This document shows, piece by piece, positions 46,982 through 57,970 of a DNA stretch of 64,000 nt. Position numbers and translations under genes: made by a program. Each line of letters opens with the position of its first letter. Position 1 is the first letter of the stretch. Below the pieces are notes generated by a model. The model was not told the DNA's origin and searched no databases. It worked only from the letters and a program-made list of their open reading frames with translations. The stretch lies in IMG/VR virus record IMGVR_UViG_3300028025_004073; one strand, given 5' to 3'. The stretch is from an uncultured virus (IMG/VR IMGVR_UViG_3300028025_004073) (taxonomy: Duplodnaviria; Heunggongvirae; Uroviricota; Caudoviricetes).

Positions 46982-47776
46982 ATGTCTACACAATCGGAAG
47001 CAGCAGCAGTAAACGCCGCAATGACGGACCCAGTTCCACGGATTGAGAACGCCCCTGAAACGACCATTGAGTTGTTCAGGGGTGTTCAAAACCCTGAAAC
47101 TAAGGAGTGGGAAACACTCGCTACAGTAAAAGAACTTACTGGTGAAGACGAGGAAGCCCTTGCTTCAATGGAGTCCGATGATGACTACTTGTACGCTAAG
47201 TACATGTCAGCATTACTTAAGCGCAGTGTTGCCAGTATCGGAAACATCAAAATTGAAGATAACCCATCGGTTATTGACAACCTAATTATTGGTGACCGAG
47301 ACATGCTGTTCTTGGCTACGGTAAAAGCAACGTACGGTGAAAACCGTGAGTATCAAATGTTTTGCCCACACTGTGAAAAGTCAAACGATGTCCATATCAA
47401 TGTCTCTGAATTCCCAATTAAACAAGGATCAAATTCAATGCATGACGGTGTAACAATTGTTATGCGTGATGGGACATCACAAAGTTTCCGATTGGTTTCT
47501 GGTGCAGATACACAATATGTAAGCGTTAAGGCTAAGACAGTACCTGAGCAAAATACCATTCTTATTTCCCGTTGTGCCGTTTGGGAAGACGGTAACAAGC
47601 CAGCAAACCCATTGTCTTGGGCAAAAAAGTTAGGTATGAAGGACCGAGCAAAGATTATTGAAGCCCTATTAGAAGCACAACCTGGCCCAGAAATCAAGGA
47701 GGTGGAAGCCCACTGCGCCCATTGCGAAAAGCAATTCCCTGTAATGCTCAACTGGGCCTCACTTCTATTCGGCTAA
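46982..47776 (+). CDS. tail assembly chaperone / T4 gp26-like protein
   Basis: ELTGEDEE, GDRDMLF, two CxxC motifs; between tube and tape measure. Confidence 0.75.
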   Translation: MSTQSEAAAVNAAMTDPVPRIENAPETTIELFRGVQNPETKEWETLATVKELTGEDEEALASMESDDDYLYAKYMSALLKRSVASIGNIKIEDNPSVIDNLIIGDRDMLFLATVKATYGENREYQMFCPHCEKSNDVHINVSEFPIKQGSNSMHDGVTIVMRDGTSQSFRLVSGADTQYVSVKAKTVPEQNTILISRCAVWEDGNKPANPLSWAKKLGMKDRAKIIEALLEAQPGPEIKEVEAHCAHCEKQFPVMLNWASLLFG

Positions 47777-47915
47777 TTTAGTAGTAACATATTGGGAATA
47801 CGATTCAATTGCATCTGTCTACAAGGGCTTCTCGCTCAACGATATAAAAACGATGACTGTAAGGCAAAGAACTTACTGGTCAGCAATGAGTAGATGGCGT
47901 AAACAGGAGTCGTAA
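47745..47915 (+). CDS. putative second tail-chaperone segment (+1 frame, no clear start)
   Basis: Open frame ...YWEYDSIASVYKGFSLNDIKTMTVRQRTYW...; stop overlaps tape-measure ATG. Confidence 0.55.
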   Translation, partial: CSTGPHFYSANLVVTYWEYDSIASVYKGFSLNDIKTMTVRQRTYWSAMSRWRKQES

Positions 47916-50668
47916 TGGCTGAAAATGATTTAACTGGAGGGCGAGGGTCAATCCCACGAGGCAGCGCTGCTGCCGATATTCGTGCTCGCTTTAAAATAGA
48001 CAACCAGTCTTTAAAGGAAATGTCTACAAACGTAAAAGATATCAAATCATCTTTTATGTATTTGAATCAAAACCTTGCTTCAATTAACACTAAGTTAGAT
48101 ACTACTTACAGAACACTTGCCAAGATTGCAGGACTAAACCTTTCAAACCTTTCAGGTGGTGCTGCTGCTGGTGGGGGTAAGACTCAATACAGTGCTGCTG
48201 TAAACCCATTTCTAAACAACACCAGCGCAAACGCAATCTCTGCTCCACAAATTTATGCTCCACGAAATACGTTTGTACTTCCATCTCCAGCAGGTCCTAG
48301 TGGTGGTGGATACGGTGGGGTAGATGACGGACCAGTGCGTGGTTCTGGAGCATTTGCTGGACTAACCCAAATACTATCAACAGCACTACAAGCAATGGAT
48401 GCTCGCACTAACTCTGGTTATGCAAAAGCACAAAGCGCTGACAAGTTGGGTGTTTATTATCAGCAAGTAATGGGTATTAGTCAACAACAATACCAATCCC
48501 AAGTTCGTCAACCGATGACTGGAAGAATGCTTGGTGAAGGTGGGATTAACACACTACTTGCGTTGCAAGCACAGACTGGTATTGACGCACAGAAAAACGT
48601 GGCTGGAGTTGAAGGTCTTCGTGCGTTGTCTGGGTTCTCACTAAGTACAGGTGACATTGCAGGTATGGCTCAAAACCTTGGCTCTGCACAAACCAACAAC
48701 CGAATGACCATGATGCTTGGTACTGGTCTTTATGGACCTGGTGGCAAACAGCGTTCAATAGACCAAGTTGTAAAAGACATTGCAAGAAATTCTGGTCTGC
48801 TTTCTAACCCTACGTTAGTTAAAGGCGCAAGGCAAAGTGGTTCGGTAACCCGTACTCGTTTGTCTGCAATGGGTGTTAGTGAAGACATTCAAAACTTGGT
48901 ATTTGATTATGCTGAAGGAAATAACACCTACCGCAGTAAGGGTGGAAAAGGTGACTACGACCCATCAAGCGCCGCCCAACGTAAGTTGATGGGCATTGAG
49001 GATAACTTTGCTACTCAAGCAGAGAAGACCACAATGGTTAAAGATAAGCGTGATGAGCAGTTTTATAAAGATCAGGCTGATAACTACGCCAAAATGGAAA
49101 AGGGTATTCAAGCAACAACAAAAGCATTGGCAGATTTTGAACACAAACTCCGTGGAATAGTTGGTGTTGGAATTAGTACTAAAGGTGGACTAGCACGAAA
49201 AGGAATCGGCGCTGCCATGATGCTTGGTGGTGGTATTGCTTCAATGACTGGTGCTGGCGCAGCCTTTGGTGTCCCACTAATGATGCTTGGTGGACAACTG
49301 GCTATGGGTGACGGAAGCATGCCTGCTGGTAACACAATGGTTCCAACATATGGAAAGAGCCGAATCTCGTTTAGCCAAATGCAAAATAGCGGTACTGTAC
49401 GAGGATTGAACTCTAAGTTTAGGGATCGTTTGTTCCAAATGATTGCAGACAACCCAAACGTAGGTATTGGTCAGGGTTCTCGTTCTGAATCAGAACAGCG
49501 TCAGTTGTTTCTTTCACGATATAAAAAAGACCCTAACGGTGAAGTTAGTTGGGAAGGTGAGAACTGGAAGCGTGTATCTGGCGCTCCTGCTACACCCCCA
49601 GGACACTCCATGCACGAAATTGGTCTTGCTGCTGACCTTGTAGGTGATCTTGATTGGGTACAAGAAAATGCTGGAAGGTATGGTCTTAAAACATTTGGTG
49701 GTGTCAACGGTGAGCCTTGGCACGTACAGCCAGCAGAACTTCCTAACTCACGATTTGATTATGAAAAAGGTGGCGCTCAATGGGGTATGCCTGCTGGTTC
49801 TTCCCGTGGTGCTGTAGCAATAGACAACGCTACAGGACAACCAATTGGTTCTGATGTTGTTGGAGATAAATACCAATCACAAAGTGTTTCAAACAAGCCA
49901 ACAACGTATGATGCATATCAAGGGCTTGGTACTGTTGAGCAAATGGGTGTTCTACAGAGTAGAAACCAAGTAACTAGTGTTAGCACTAAGTACTCAAAGT
50001 ATTCGGGAAACACTAATGTTGATTCAAGTATTCAATCAAGTGATTCAAGTTACACACTTTCTGCTGGACAAATGAATCCTGAAGATCTTGCAAAACTTTT
50101 ATACAAACGTGGTTTCCGTGGAAAAACACTTGTAAACATGTTGGCTATTGCTGGTCGTGAATCCAGTTGGAGGCCAAGCGCATTCAATGGAAAGCCACCA
50201 GATAAATCATATGGATTATTTCAAATCAACATGATTGATACTAAAGCATCTAACTATTTAGGTGCTGCACGTAGAAAGCAATTTGGTATTTCCAATGATG
50301 AAGCGCTGTGGGACCCAGAAACAAACATAAAAGCAGCATGGATTGTTTCTGGTGGTGGTGGAAACCTTAGCCCTTGGAAAGTTGGTAAAAACGGTTCGTA
50401 CTTAGATAAAACAGAAAAATGGATGCCAAAGGCTCAGGCTGCTGCAAAGTCTGCTGGAGTTGATAAAGGTGACCCAATGCCAATGGGAGCACCAACTCGT
50501 TCTGGTTCAACCAGTGTTGCAGTAGGTGGAGATACCAACATAAGTATTGCCCCAGTAATTAACTTGACTGGTGGTGGCGGTTCGGAAAGGGATGCACGTA
50601 AGTTGTCTGAATACATCATCAAGATGGTTGAAACGGAACTTAAAAAACAAGCAATGAGGACTAACTAA
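47915..50668 (+). CDS. tape measure protein with M15 peptidase and lytic transglycosylase-like domains
   Basis: Position; PGHSMHEIGLAAD...EPWHVQ; AIAGRESSW...SYGLFQINM. Confidence 0.9.
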   Translation: MAENDLTGGRGSIPRGSAAADIRARFKIDNQSLKEMSTNVKDIKSSFMYLNQNLASINTKLDTTYRTLAKIAGLNLSNLSGGAAAGGGKTQYSAAVNPFLNNTSANAISAPQIYAPRNTFVLPSPAGPSGGGYGGVDDGPVRGSGAFAGLTQILSTALQAMDARTNSGYAKAQSADKLGVYYQQVMGISQQQYQSQVRQPMTGRMLGEGGINTLLALQAQTGIDAQKNVAGVEGLRALSGFSLSTGDIAGMAQNLGSAQTNNRMTMMLGTGLYGPGGKQRSIDQVVKDIARNSGLLSNPTLVKGARQSGSVTRTRLSAMGVSEDIQNLVFDYAEGNNTYRSKGGKGDYDPSSAAQRKLMGIEDNFATQAEKTTMVKDKRDEQFYKDQADNYAKMEKGIQATTKALADFEHKLRGIVGVGISTKGGLARKGIGAAMMLGGGIASMTGAGAAFGVPLMMLGGQLAMGDGSMPAGNTMVPTYGKSRISFSQMQNSGTVRGLNSKFRDRLFQMIADNPNVGIGQGSRSESEQRQLFLSRYKKDPNGEVSWEGENWKRVSGAPATPPGHSMHEIGLAADLVGDLDWVQENAGRYGLKTFGGVNGEPWHVQPAELPNSRFDYEKGGAQWGMPAGSSRGAVAIDNATGQPIGSDVVGDKYQSQSVSNKPTTYDAYQGLGTVEQMGVLQSRNQVTSVSTKYSKYSGNTNVDSSIQSSDSSYTLSAGQMNPEDLAKLLYKRGFRGKTLVNMLAIAGRESSWRPSAFNGKPPDKSYGLFQINMIDTKASNYLGAARRKQFGISNDEALWDPETNIKAAWIVSGGGGNLSPWKVGKNGSYLDKTEKWMPKAQAAAKSAGVDKGDPMPMGAPTRSGSTSVAVGGDTNISIAPVINLTGGGGSERDARKLSEYIIKMVETELKKQAMRTN

Positions 50669-52494
50669 TGTCTGACAATCAAAGAGCAATTGATGCACAA
50701 GCAGCACGTTGGGCATCCATCGCTGCAAAAGCACAAGGTAAAGGCCCTGCCGCAATTAAGGCTGCTGGTAAGGTCACATCACCATCGCCACCACCCTCTG
50801 CTGGTGTTAAAAGTGATATCAAATGGGGAGAACAGGCTACTGAAGATACACAATATTCAAAGAAAAATCCCCCATTCATATACCCAACACCAGCAGAGCG
50901 TATTGCTACCTTAAATGACAGTAATACAGACTCAACAAAACTTGGAATTAAACGTGGGTATATTCGTAGACTTACTGAGTACTACAACCATGTCAAAGGT
51001 TCTCCAACCTTAGACACCTTGCGTTGCAACTTTCAATTCAACCCACAAACAATTAGTCGCAGTGTTCAAGCAAACTACGACATGCAATTCTTTTTTAACC
51101 AAAGCCCAGATCAACTTGCTCAACCTATTCCTGGTCAATCAACATTCTCAATTGAATTGCTATTTAACCGTGAAGCAGAAGTTGCTACAAATATGTACCG
51201 TGGGGAAGATGGGAAGTTACTTAAAGGTAATTCTTACGAAACAAGTAACATTGCAACTAATCCAGCAGCCTACATTACAGAACAGTATGATCCAAAATGG
51301 GTTACCGAAATAGGTGTTCTTGCAGACCTTAAAATTCTTGATGACATTATTGGTCAAGGTATAGCACAAGACTTAATTGAAAATGCATCAGCATTTAAAA
51401 CTACCTCAACTGGTAATAAAACTACAGGAAAAGATGAAACAGATACATCAAGCACTGATGCTGCGTCAGGATTTAATTCTGCAAAATTAGGACCGTTTGC
51501 TTCAAACATGGGTAACAAAGCGTTCTTGGTTCCAACACCTATTCGTTTATTGATATCTGAATTGTTTATGATTGAAGGCTTTGTAATGAGTAGCCAGGTC
51601 GTATTTAACAAGTTCACACCAAACATGGTTCCTACTCAGGCTCTTGTAGGTTTGCAAATACAAGCACTGTACTTTGGCTTTGCCCAAAAGAATACGTTCT
51701 TGTCAACACTGGATGTTTCACCAGACCCAGGGAATGGTTCTCCAGTTGTTACTGGGACACAGACAGCAGCAGACAAAGCAATTGTTGCCCAAACACAACA
51801 AGGAATGGAAAACTTCTTTAGAACAGTTTATTGGCAAGAAGGGAAAAATGGAACTAGAAGTCTGATTGACTCAATCTTTAACAATGCAAAGAATGACCAA
51901 ATCTTTAACTTCACTTCGGAAGTTTCACAAAAAGGACATGACTTCTACCAAGCAGCAACTGCAAAAGGTAAAACTGGTGGTGGATTATCAATTACTTTTT
52001 CTGGAAGAATAAAGATTTGGTGGCATTCTTACGTAGATGGTGCTTCAAACTCTAGGTCAACAATTCCAACAAGTGCTGGTGGTAGTTGGACATACAAAAC
52101 TGGTGCTCCACCGTCAGCAGCAACTGGTGGAATATCACTATCGTCTTGGGGTACGTCTAGTTCTCCATTTACATTAAGTTGTCAAGACTTTCATACAAAA
52201 TATGATGTAAGTAATACCTTCTCAGATACTTGTTATTTTGGTTTGGGAAGTGATGATGATTACGAAGCGCACTATAAATGGGAACGACCAATTGCTAACT
52301 TGCCAATACCATTTAACCAAGACAAGTTTAATGTTGATCTTGAGATAAACATTAAAGTAACACGTGGTGGTCAAACCTTGTACGCTCCACAAAAAATAAT
52401 TAAGTCATACAGGGGGCTTGAGGCAGGGGATGAGAGACTATGGGAATCAGTGTCGTTGTCCCCTGCGTACCTTGAAAGGAAAAGGATTAACTGA
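50668..52494 (+). CDS. tail tube initiator/baseplate protein
   Basis: NFQFNPQTI...IELLFNR; follows tape measure. Confidence 0.65.
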   Translation: MSDNQRAIDAQAARWASIAAKAQGKGPAAIKAAGKVTSPSPPPSAGVKSDIKWGEQATEDTQYSKKNPPFIYPTPAERIATLNDSNTDSTKLGIKRGYIRRLTEYYNHVKGSPTLDTLRCNFQFNPQTISRSVQANYDMQFFFNQSPDQLAQPIPGQSTFSIELLFNREAEVATNMYRGEDGKLLKGNSYETSNIATNPAAYITEQYDPKWVTEIGVLADLKILDDIIGQGIAQDLIENASAFKTTSTGNKTTGKDETDTSSTDAASGFNSAKLGPFASNMGNKAFLVPTPIRLLISELFMIEGFVMSSQVVFNKFTPNMVPTQALVGLQIQALYFGFAQKNTFLSTLDVSPDPGNGSPVVTGTQTAADKAIVAQTQQGMENFFRTVYWQEGKNGTRSLIDSIFNNAKNDQIFNFTSEVSQKGHDFYQAATAKGKTGGGLSITFSGRIKIWWHSYVDGASNSRSTIPTSAGGSWTYKTGAPPSAATGGISLSSWGTSSSPFTLSCQDFHTKYDVSNTFSDTCYFGLGSDDDYEAHYKWERPIANLPIPFNQDKFNVDLEINIKVTRGGQTLYAPQKIIKSYRGLEAGDERLWESVSLSPAYLERKRIN

Positions 52495-52742
52495 TGATTA
52501 CAGTTCTTTCTCGCTATACCTACGCAGATGTCAACTTAAATGGATTGCGTACTGCTGAACGTAAAGAAGTCCGTGATGTCTATGTTCAGAAGTACACAGT
52601 AAGAATGAAAGACACAATTGAATCTATTGCGGCAGAAATCTATGGTGATTCATCATTGTGGTGGAGAATCGCAGACCTTAATCCACAAGTACAATTTCCT
52701 TTAGATCTAGAACCAGGGATGGTTATCCGTATTCCACAATGA
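52494..52742 (+). CDS. LysM/tail protein X-like baseplate protein
   Basis: DTIESIAAEIYGDSSLWWRIADLNP...GMVIRIP. Confidence 0.85.
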   Translation: MITVLSRYTYADVNLNGLRTAERKEVRDVYVQKYTVRMKDTIESIAAEIYGDSSLWWRIADLNPQVQFPLDLEPGMVIRIPQ

Positions 52743-53902
52743 TTAGAAGGGATGCGTATAAAGATGCCCCAATCATTGAGATTGAGGTGGTTGGCGGAAC
52801 AGTACCAGTTGCTGACGTTGTTTCTACAGAAATTGTTTTCTCTGAAAACAAACACGATATGGCTACATTAACTTATTCAGGGTTTCCTCCACAGGCTGTA
52901 ACTGCGTACTCAGGGTTACCTGTATACATTAAGTTTGGAAATAACGAAGCAAACATTAAAGAGTTTCATGGGTATGTTGCCTACGTTGAGGCTAACTCAT
53001 ATACACGTATGGGCCTTGTAAACGACTCACGAATTCAAGAAGCAAAAGTGGTTTGCTTTGGTGTTAGTTATAACATGAAGCCAACTAGGTCTGTTGTTTA
53101 TAAAGATATTACTTTGCCTAAGTTAGTTAAAACTATTGCCAACCGATATAACTTTTCTTACTCAGTACCAAACAATAACTTTGTAATTCCATCAATAGAT
53201 CAATCTTCTAAATCAGATTGGGAAGTTCTTGTAAGTACAGCAAAGCAACTTGGTTATTACGTCACAGTTACTGATACACATATATCTGTATACGACCCCT
53301 TTTCTTCGTATTATCGTTCCTTGCCAGTCACTATTTTAAATTCATTAGAAGCAGACAAAGGTTCAGAACGGAACCCAGGAAACATTTTGGAGTTTAAAGG
53401 AACATTTGGTGACGTTACACCACACGGTTCTAGCCATAACTATGTTATAAAAACATTAGATGCAAAAGGAAAGAATGTTGAGTATTCAACTAAAAACAAT
53501 GTTGGAAGTGGTTTAGGTAAAAAAGTAAACCGTAGGTTTACTCAAGAGGTAACCATGAACGCTGTATCTAAAGAAGCGTTGCGACAATACGCAGACGGAT
53601 ACATAAAACAATCCGTGCCTCTACATGCTGATGTTACTGCACTGGGTATTTCTACAGTATTCCCTGGGTCACTTGTTATTGTTAATAAATACCAATCGGA
53701 ATTTGATGGTTACTGGTTTGTAGAAGAAGTAAGGCATGTAATAAATACTGATCATTACTTAACACATTTACATATAAAAACAGATTCAACTAACGCTGCT
53801 TCTATGACCCTTGGTTCTGGAAGAACGTATAAAAAACATCCAGGGTCACGATTGGTTAATAACACATGGATAACCCAAAAGGAATTTTCTTATGTCTACT
53901 AA
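52739..53902 (+). CDS. baseplate hub (gp27/GpD-like)
   Basis: QSSKSDWEVL; FDGYWFVEEVRH; synteny. Confidence 0.8.
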   Translation: MIRRDAYKDAPIIEIEVVGGTVPVADVVSTEIVFSENKHDMATLTYSGFPPQAVTAYSGLPVYIKFGNNEANIKEFHGYVAYVEANSYTRMGLVNDSRIQEAKVVCFGVSYNMKPTRSVVYKDITLPKLVKTIANRYNFSYSVPNNNFVIPSIDQSSKSDWEVLVSTAKQLGYYVTVTDTHISVYDPFSSYYRSLPVTILNSLEADKGSERNPGNILEFKGTFGDVTPHGSSHNYVIKTLDAKGKNVEYSTKNNVGSGLGKKVNRRFTQEVTMNAVSKEALRQYADGYIKQSVPLHADVTALGISTVFPGSLVIVNKYQSEFDGYWFVEEVRHVINTDHYLTHLHIKTDSTNAASMTLGSGRTYKKHPGSRLVNNTWITQKEFSYVY

Positions 53903-54119
53903 TTTGTACCGTGCTGTAGTTGCGTATTCAAATGCAAGTACTGGAGAAATAAAAGTCCGTATACCTTCAAAGTTTGGACCAGATGTAACTGTTCCAATCT
54001 CGTATTACGGTAGGTCAGCACCTTGGGATGTCCCAGCAGTTGGTAACCAAGTTGTAGTTGGCGCAGATGACGAACACTTTACAAACGTATTTATTATTAA
54101 TATAAACCCGACAGGATAG
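53892..54119 (+). CDS. minimal gp5/GpV OB-fold spike protein
   Basis: YRAVV...GEIKVRIP...VPAVGNQVVV; only 75 aa. Confidence 0.7.
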   Translation: MSTNLYRAVVAYSNASTGEIKVRIPSKFGPDVTVPISYYGRSAPWDVPAVGNQVVVGADDEHFTNVFIININPTG

Positions 54120-54121
54120 TT

Positions 54122-54532
54122 ATGATTATTAAAGAACCATTTTCAATAGCACCCTCTGGAAAAGTTGCAGTAGTTACTGAGGCATCGTCTGTTACCTCAC
54201 AAAAGGTAGCAAACTATATATTGACAAACACGTATGAACGACCTATGTCATCTGCTTATGGTGCTAACAGCCAAATGCTTGTATATGAAAACTTTGATTC
54301 AATGATATTTTCTGAATTTAAAATGGAGACATTACGAGAATTACAAAAGCATATTTCTGGGGCAGCGATACTTGATATGCGTATGATCCCTGGTGGGTAC
54401 TCTGAGCGTAATGGCTCAAACGAGAACACAATGCTTATTGATGTACAGTATAAATTGCCAATTGGTGGGGTGCGAAGTACCCAAATAGACCTTGTATCCC
54501 CCCTTTCATTGACTGAGGAAAGCCCATTATGA
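54122..54532 (+). CDS. baseplate wedge gp25/GpW-like
   Basis: ILTNTYERPMSSAYG. Confidence 0.8.
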   Translation: MIIKEPFSIAPSGKVAVVTEASSVTSQKVANYILTNTYERPMSSAYGANSQMLVYENFDSMIFSEFKMETLRELQKHISGAAILDMRMIPGGYSERNGSNENTMLIDVQYKLPIGGVRSTQIDLVSPLSLTEESPL

Positions 54533-56340
54533 CCACATTTGATTACACAAGCCGAGATTACTTCTCAATTAAAACTGACCTTTTGGCACGTGCTGAACAA
54601 GTTCTACCAGAATGGACATCCCGTGATTCATCTGACTTCGGTATGTTACTTGTGGACCTTTGGGCTTATATGGGAGACATTCTTCATTACTATATTGATC
54701 GTGCTGCTCAAGAATCGTTCTTAGAAACAGCAACACAACGTGAAAGTATTTTGGCAATTGCTAACTTGTTGGACTACACACCAGCAGGTAGGACCGCAGC
54801 AGCGACAAACATTGTTTTAGACGCAACAAATTCTTCGGCCACAGACGCTACTCCCATCCTCATACCAAAGTACACACGATTTTTGGCTAAACCACTGTTG
54901 GATACTGCTGACGATGTTGTGTTTACATCTGATACTGCTATTGCATTTAACTCAACTGGTGCTGCTATATCTGGGTATGCAACATACCAAAAAACAGAAC
55001 CAGTAAATCTAAACCTTACTGAAGGCGAGTTATTTGAGGAATCATTTACCAGTGATGGTCGGGTATCACAACAATACACATTGTCATACACGGGTGTAAT
55101 TGATTCTTCGGTTGAGGTATACATTGCTGAAGGAACTAACGGCGCTGAAGTAACTTATAGCAAAGTTGATCGTTTAATTGAGGCAACAAACTCAGACTTA
55201 GTATTTGCTGTATCTCTTGCTGCTGATGATTCATCCACAATTGTATTCGGTAACTCAGTACACGGAAAAATCCCAACCACAAACGCACTTGTTCGTATTG
55301 TGTACAGGCGTAGTCGTGGTGCTGCTGGAAACGTAGACGTAAACGCTGTACAAGGTTTTGAATCACTTAACAACATCTATGGACCTACCTATGATGGTAT
55401 TGAAATTACTCCAAACACAACTAAAGCATTTGGTGGTTCTGATAGTGAAAGCATTGCATCACTTCAAAATAACATCCCAGCATCGTTCCGTTCACAAGAC
55501 CGTGCTGTGTCCTTAAACGACTACAGCGATTTAACTCTTCGTGTTCCTAGCGTTGTAAAAGCAACTGCTGCTGTGAGTGCAAGTGTTTCCTACCAGGGTC
55601 TTATTACGTCTAAACAAATTACTAATGACTATGTAATTCTTAAGACAGCATCAGCACATGGACTTACAGTTTCTAATATTATTGGCGTTTCTGGGTTAGG
55701 AGAACCATACGATGGTTCTTTCCAACTAACTACGGCATCAGCAACAACATTGGCTTATGCAATAGATGATGGGTACTCAAACACCGCATCTATTGCAGTT
55801 AACTCTGCTACTGCTTTATGGCGTAACGACAACATTAGAATATACGCACTCACTGACCAAGCAATTTATGACGGAACACTAGATGTATCACCAACAACAT
55901 CACCACTTTATGTAGATGCGTTTACTCGTACGCAAGTATATGACTACATCAATCCACGTCAAATGATTGGTGTTAACTCTGTAGTTATGCCAACAGTAAC
56001 TTTAACACCTGTAAATATTGACATTACATTAAACGTAATGCCAACATATGTTAAACAAAGCGTTGAAGAGGATGTAACAAACGCAATTAAAGATTTGTTC
56101 TCTTTTTCAAATGTTTCATTTGACCAGGTGGTAACTTTAGGAACTTTGTATAGGACAATACTTGATGTATCTGGAGTTGATTACGTAACCATTAATCAAT
56201 TCACCACAACAAGTAGTCCAAACACAATTGACACTGTTGGAATTAGCCCAAGCGTTAAAGGTGTTACAACTACAACTGGAACACTTTTATTGTTATCTTC
56301 GTTGGTAATTACATCTAGTGGCGGAATTGTAACGGCATAA
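54529..56340 (+). CDS. baseplate J-like protein
   Basis: DYTSRDY, SDFGMLL, GGSDSES, DRAVSLNDY. Confidence 0.9.
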   Translation: MTTFDYTSRDYFSIKTDLLARAEQVLPEWTSRDSSDFGMLLVDLWAYMGDILHYYIDRAAQESFLETATQRESILAIANLLDYTPAGRTAAATNIVLDATNSSATDATPILIPKYTRFLAKPLLDTADDVVFTSDTAIAFNSTGAAISGYATYQKTEPVNLNLTEGELFEESFTSDGRVSQQYTLSYTGVIDSSVEVYIAEGTNGAEVTYSKVDRLIEATNSDLVFAVSLAADDSSTIVFGNSVHGKIPTTNALVRIVYRRSRGAAGNVDVNAVQGFESLNNIYGPTYDGIEITPNTTKAFGGSDSESIASLQNNIPASFRSQDRAVSLNDYSDLTLRVPSVVKATAAVSASVSYQGLITSKQITNDYVILKTASAHGLTVSNIIGVSGLGEPYDGSFQLTTASATTLAYAIDDGYSNTASIAVNSATALWRNDNIRIYALTDQAIYDGTLDVSPTTSPLYVDAFTRTQVYDYINPRQMIGVNSVVMPTVTLTPVNIDITLNVMPTYVKQSVEEDVTNAIKDLFSFSNVSFDQVVTLGTLYRTILDVSGVDYVTINQFTTTSSPNTIDTVGISPSVKGVTTTTGTLLLLSSLVITSSGGIVTA

Positions 56341-56341
56341 T

Positions 56342-57970
56342 ATGGCATACACCTCGTTCCGTATTCGTAGGCAAGACACCGTTGGTGCGCCTGACTCTAA
56401 CCCATTTGGTTCGTACCTTCGTGGTACGGATACAACAGCACCAACTGGACTAACTAGAGATACATCAGACAACGCACTACGTGCTGATGGGTTCATTGCA
56501 GCAACTGGAGAACTAGTTGTCAACGCAACTTTTACTGCTACTGCGGTTGACTACGCAACAATTAATTTGGAATGGTCACAATTTGGAATGAACAACCCTT
56601 CTGAAAATGGATCTGGTGAGTCTGGAATATATGAAATTGTAGTTGTCTACGGAAAAAATGGTGCTCCAGAAACTGTCGCTGATGGTGTCGTAATTAAAGC
56701 ACAACAGTATGACGACATTGTTTGGGCTGTGGAACACCATGATCTTCCTCAAGGCAGATGGGCTTACTATTCATTGTTCTTGCATTGGAACCAAAATGGA
56801 ACTGGACCTACTGGTGTTAGTTGGTACGAACGTGTAGCGACATTACAAGAATTAGTTCCTTATAACCACGAATCAACTGACAAGTTATGGAAAAGAATTC
56901 CTGAGTATCTTCGTTCTTCGGATACATCTGGGGCAGATATTGACCCGTACAACCAAGGTCAAGGACAATTCCGTAGGTTCATTTCAATTTTTGGTTTTGA
57001 AATGGATAGAACACAAACCCTTATTGATGCAGTTATGACTGGGTATGACCCTTCGTTAAATGAATCAACATCAATTTCCCATCTAACAAACATGCTTGGT
57101 TTGGAAATAACACCAGAAGAAATCGGTACTTCACGTATCCGCCAGATCATCCAAGACATTGGTTACTACCGTTTACGTAAAGGAACTATTGAAGCAGCAG
57201 CACAATACATTACGGCGCTAAGTGGTTGCCAAGTTGATGTAATTGAAAACACTACAGACCCCCGATACACCTTCCGTGTGTACTCTGAAAAGGTAAACCT
57301 TGTTGCTGACTCATTGTTTGTAATTGAAACAGGGGTTAAAAAATGGGAATTTAGTTCTTCTACTGCATCATGCTCGTACACCAAATCAAATGAAGTTCTC
57401 ACAGTTACAAACACAAGCGGTGCTTCAGCACAATTTGCCCTTACCTCAATGGTAGCCGTACCTGTAGATGCAGAAACAGATTACTGGTCTTCTATGAAAG
57501 TGTCTGGTAATGGATCTGTGTACGGTTCATACTGGTCAGCATCTGCTGGGTGGGCAACATGGAACACAGCAGAACAAACTGATTCTTTAATCCCAGTGAA
57601 CCTTTCACCCACAGGCCGCCGTGTAACTCTTATGCCAAATAGCGCTAGTGCTATGGCATATCCAGTAATGCTGTTTAAGTTAAACGCTGGGCAAACCATG
57701 ACAGTTTCAGAGTGGATGGTTGAACCAAAAACTTATGGAACATTCTTCAACGGTGACTCAGACTTTGGTGGGTTTATTTATCAAAACAACTTTGCTGACT
57801 ACGCTTGGAGTGGTAGTCAATACGCTTCTTATTCTTTGTACACTACAAACAAACAGAAAACAAAAAATGCAATTAACAAGTTGTTGCCGACCCTCATTCC
57901 AGTTACAGTATTGATTAAAGGTCTTACAGGATACGAAGTTGTATACGATTGGATTCCAGGAAAAGAATGA
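56342..57970 (+). CDS. baseplate/tail protein I-like
   Basis: YRLRKGTIEA; follows baseplate J. Confidence 0.7.
   Translation: MAYTSFRIRRQDTVGAPDSNPFGSYLRGTDTTAPTGLTRDTSDNALRADGFIAATGELVVNATFTATAVDYATINLEWSQFGMNNPSENGSGESGIYEIVVVYGKNGAPETVADGVVIKAQQYDDIVWAVEHHDLPQGRWAYYSLFLHWNQNGTGPTGVSWYERVATLQELVPYNHESTDKLWKRIPEYLRSSDTSGADIDPYNQGQGQFRRFISIFGFEMDRTQTLIDAVMTGYDPSLNESTSISHLTNMLGLEITPEEIGTSRIRQIIQDIGYYRLRKGTIEAAAQYITALSGCQVDVIENTTDPRYTFRVYSEKVNLVADSLFVIETGVKKWEFSSSTASCSYTKSNEVLTVTNTSGASAQFALTSMVAVPVDAETDYWSSMKVSGNGSVYGSYWSASAGWATWNTAEQTDSLIPVNLSPTGRRVTLMPNSASAMAYPVMLFKLNAGQTMTVSEWMVEPKTYGTFFNGDSDFGGFIYQNNFADYAWSGSQYASYSLYTTNKQKTKNAINKLLPTLIPVTVLIKGLTGYEVVYDWIPGKE

Noticed and set aside
44753..57970. 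Extracellular contractile injection system or tailocin
   Set aside because: Terminase, portal, scaffold, capsid and replication genes are present, so this is a phage tail
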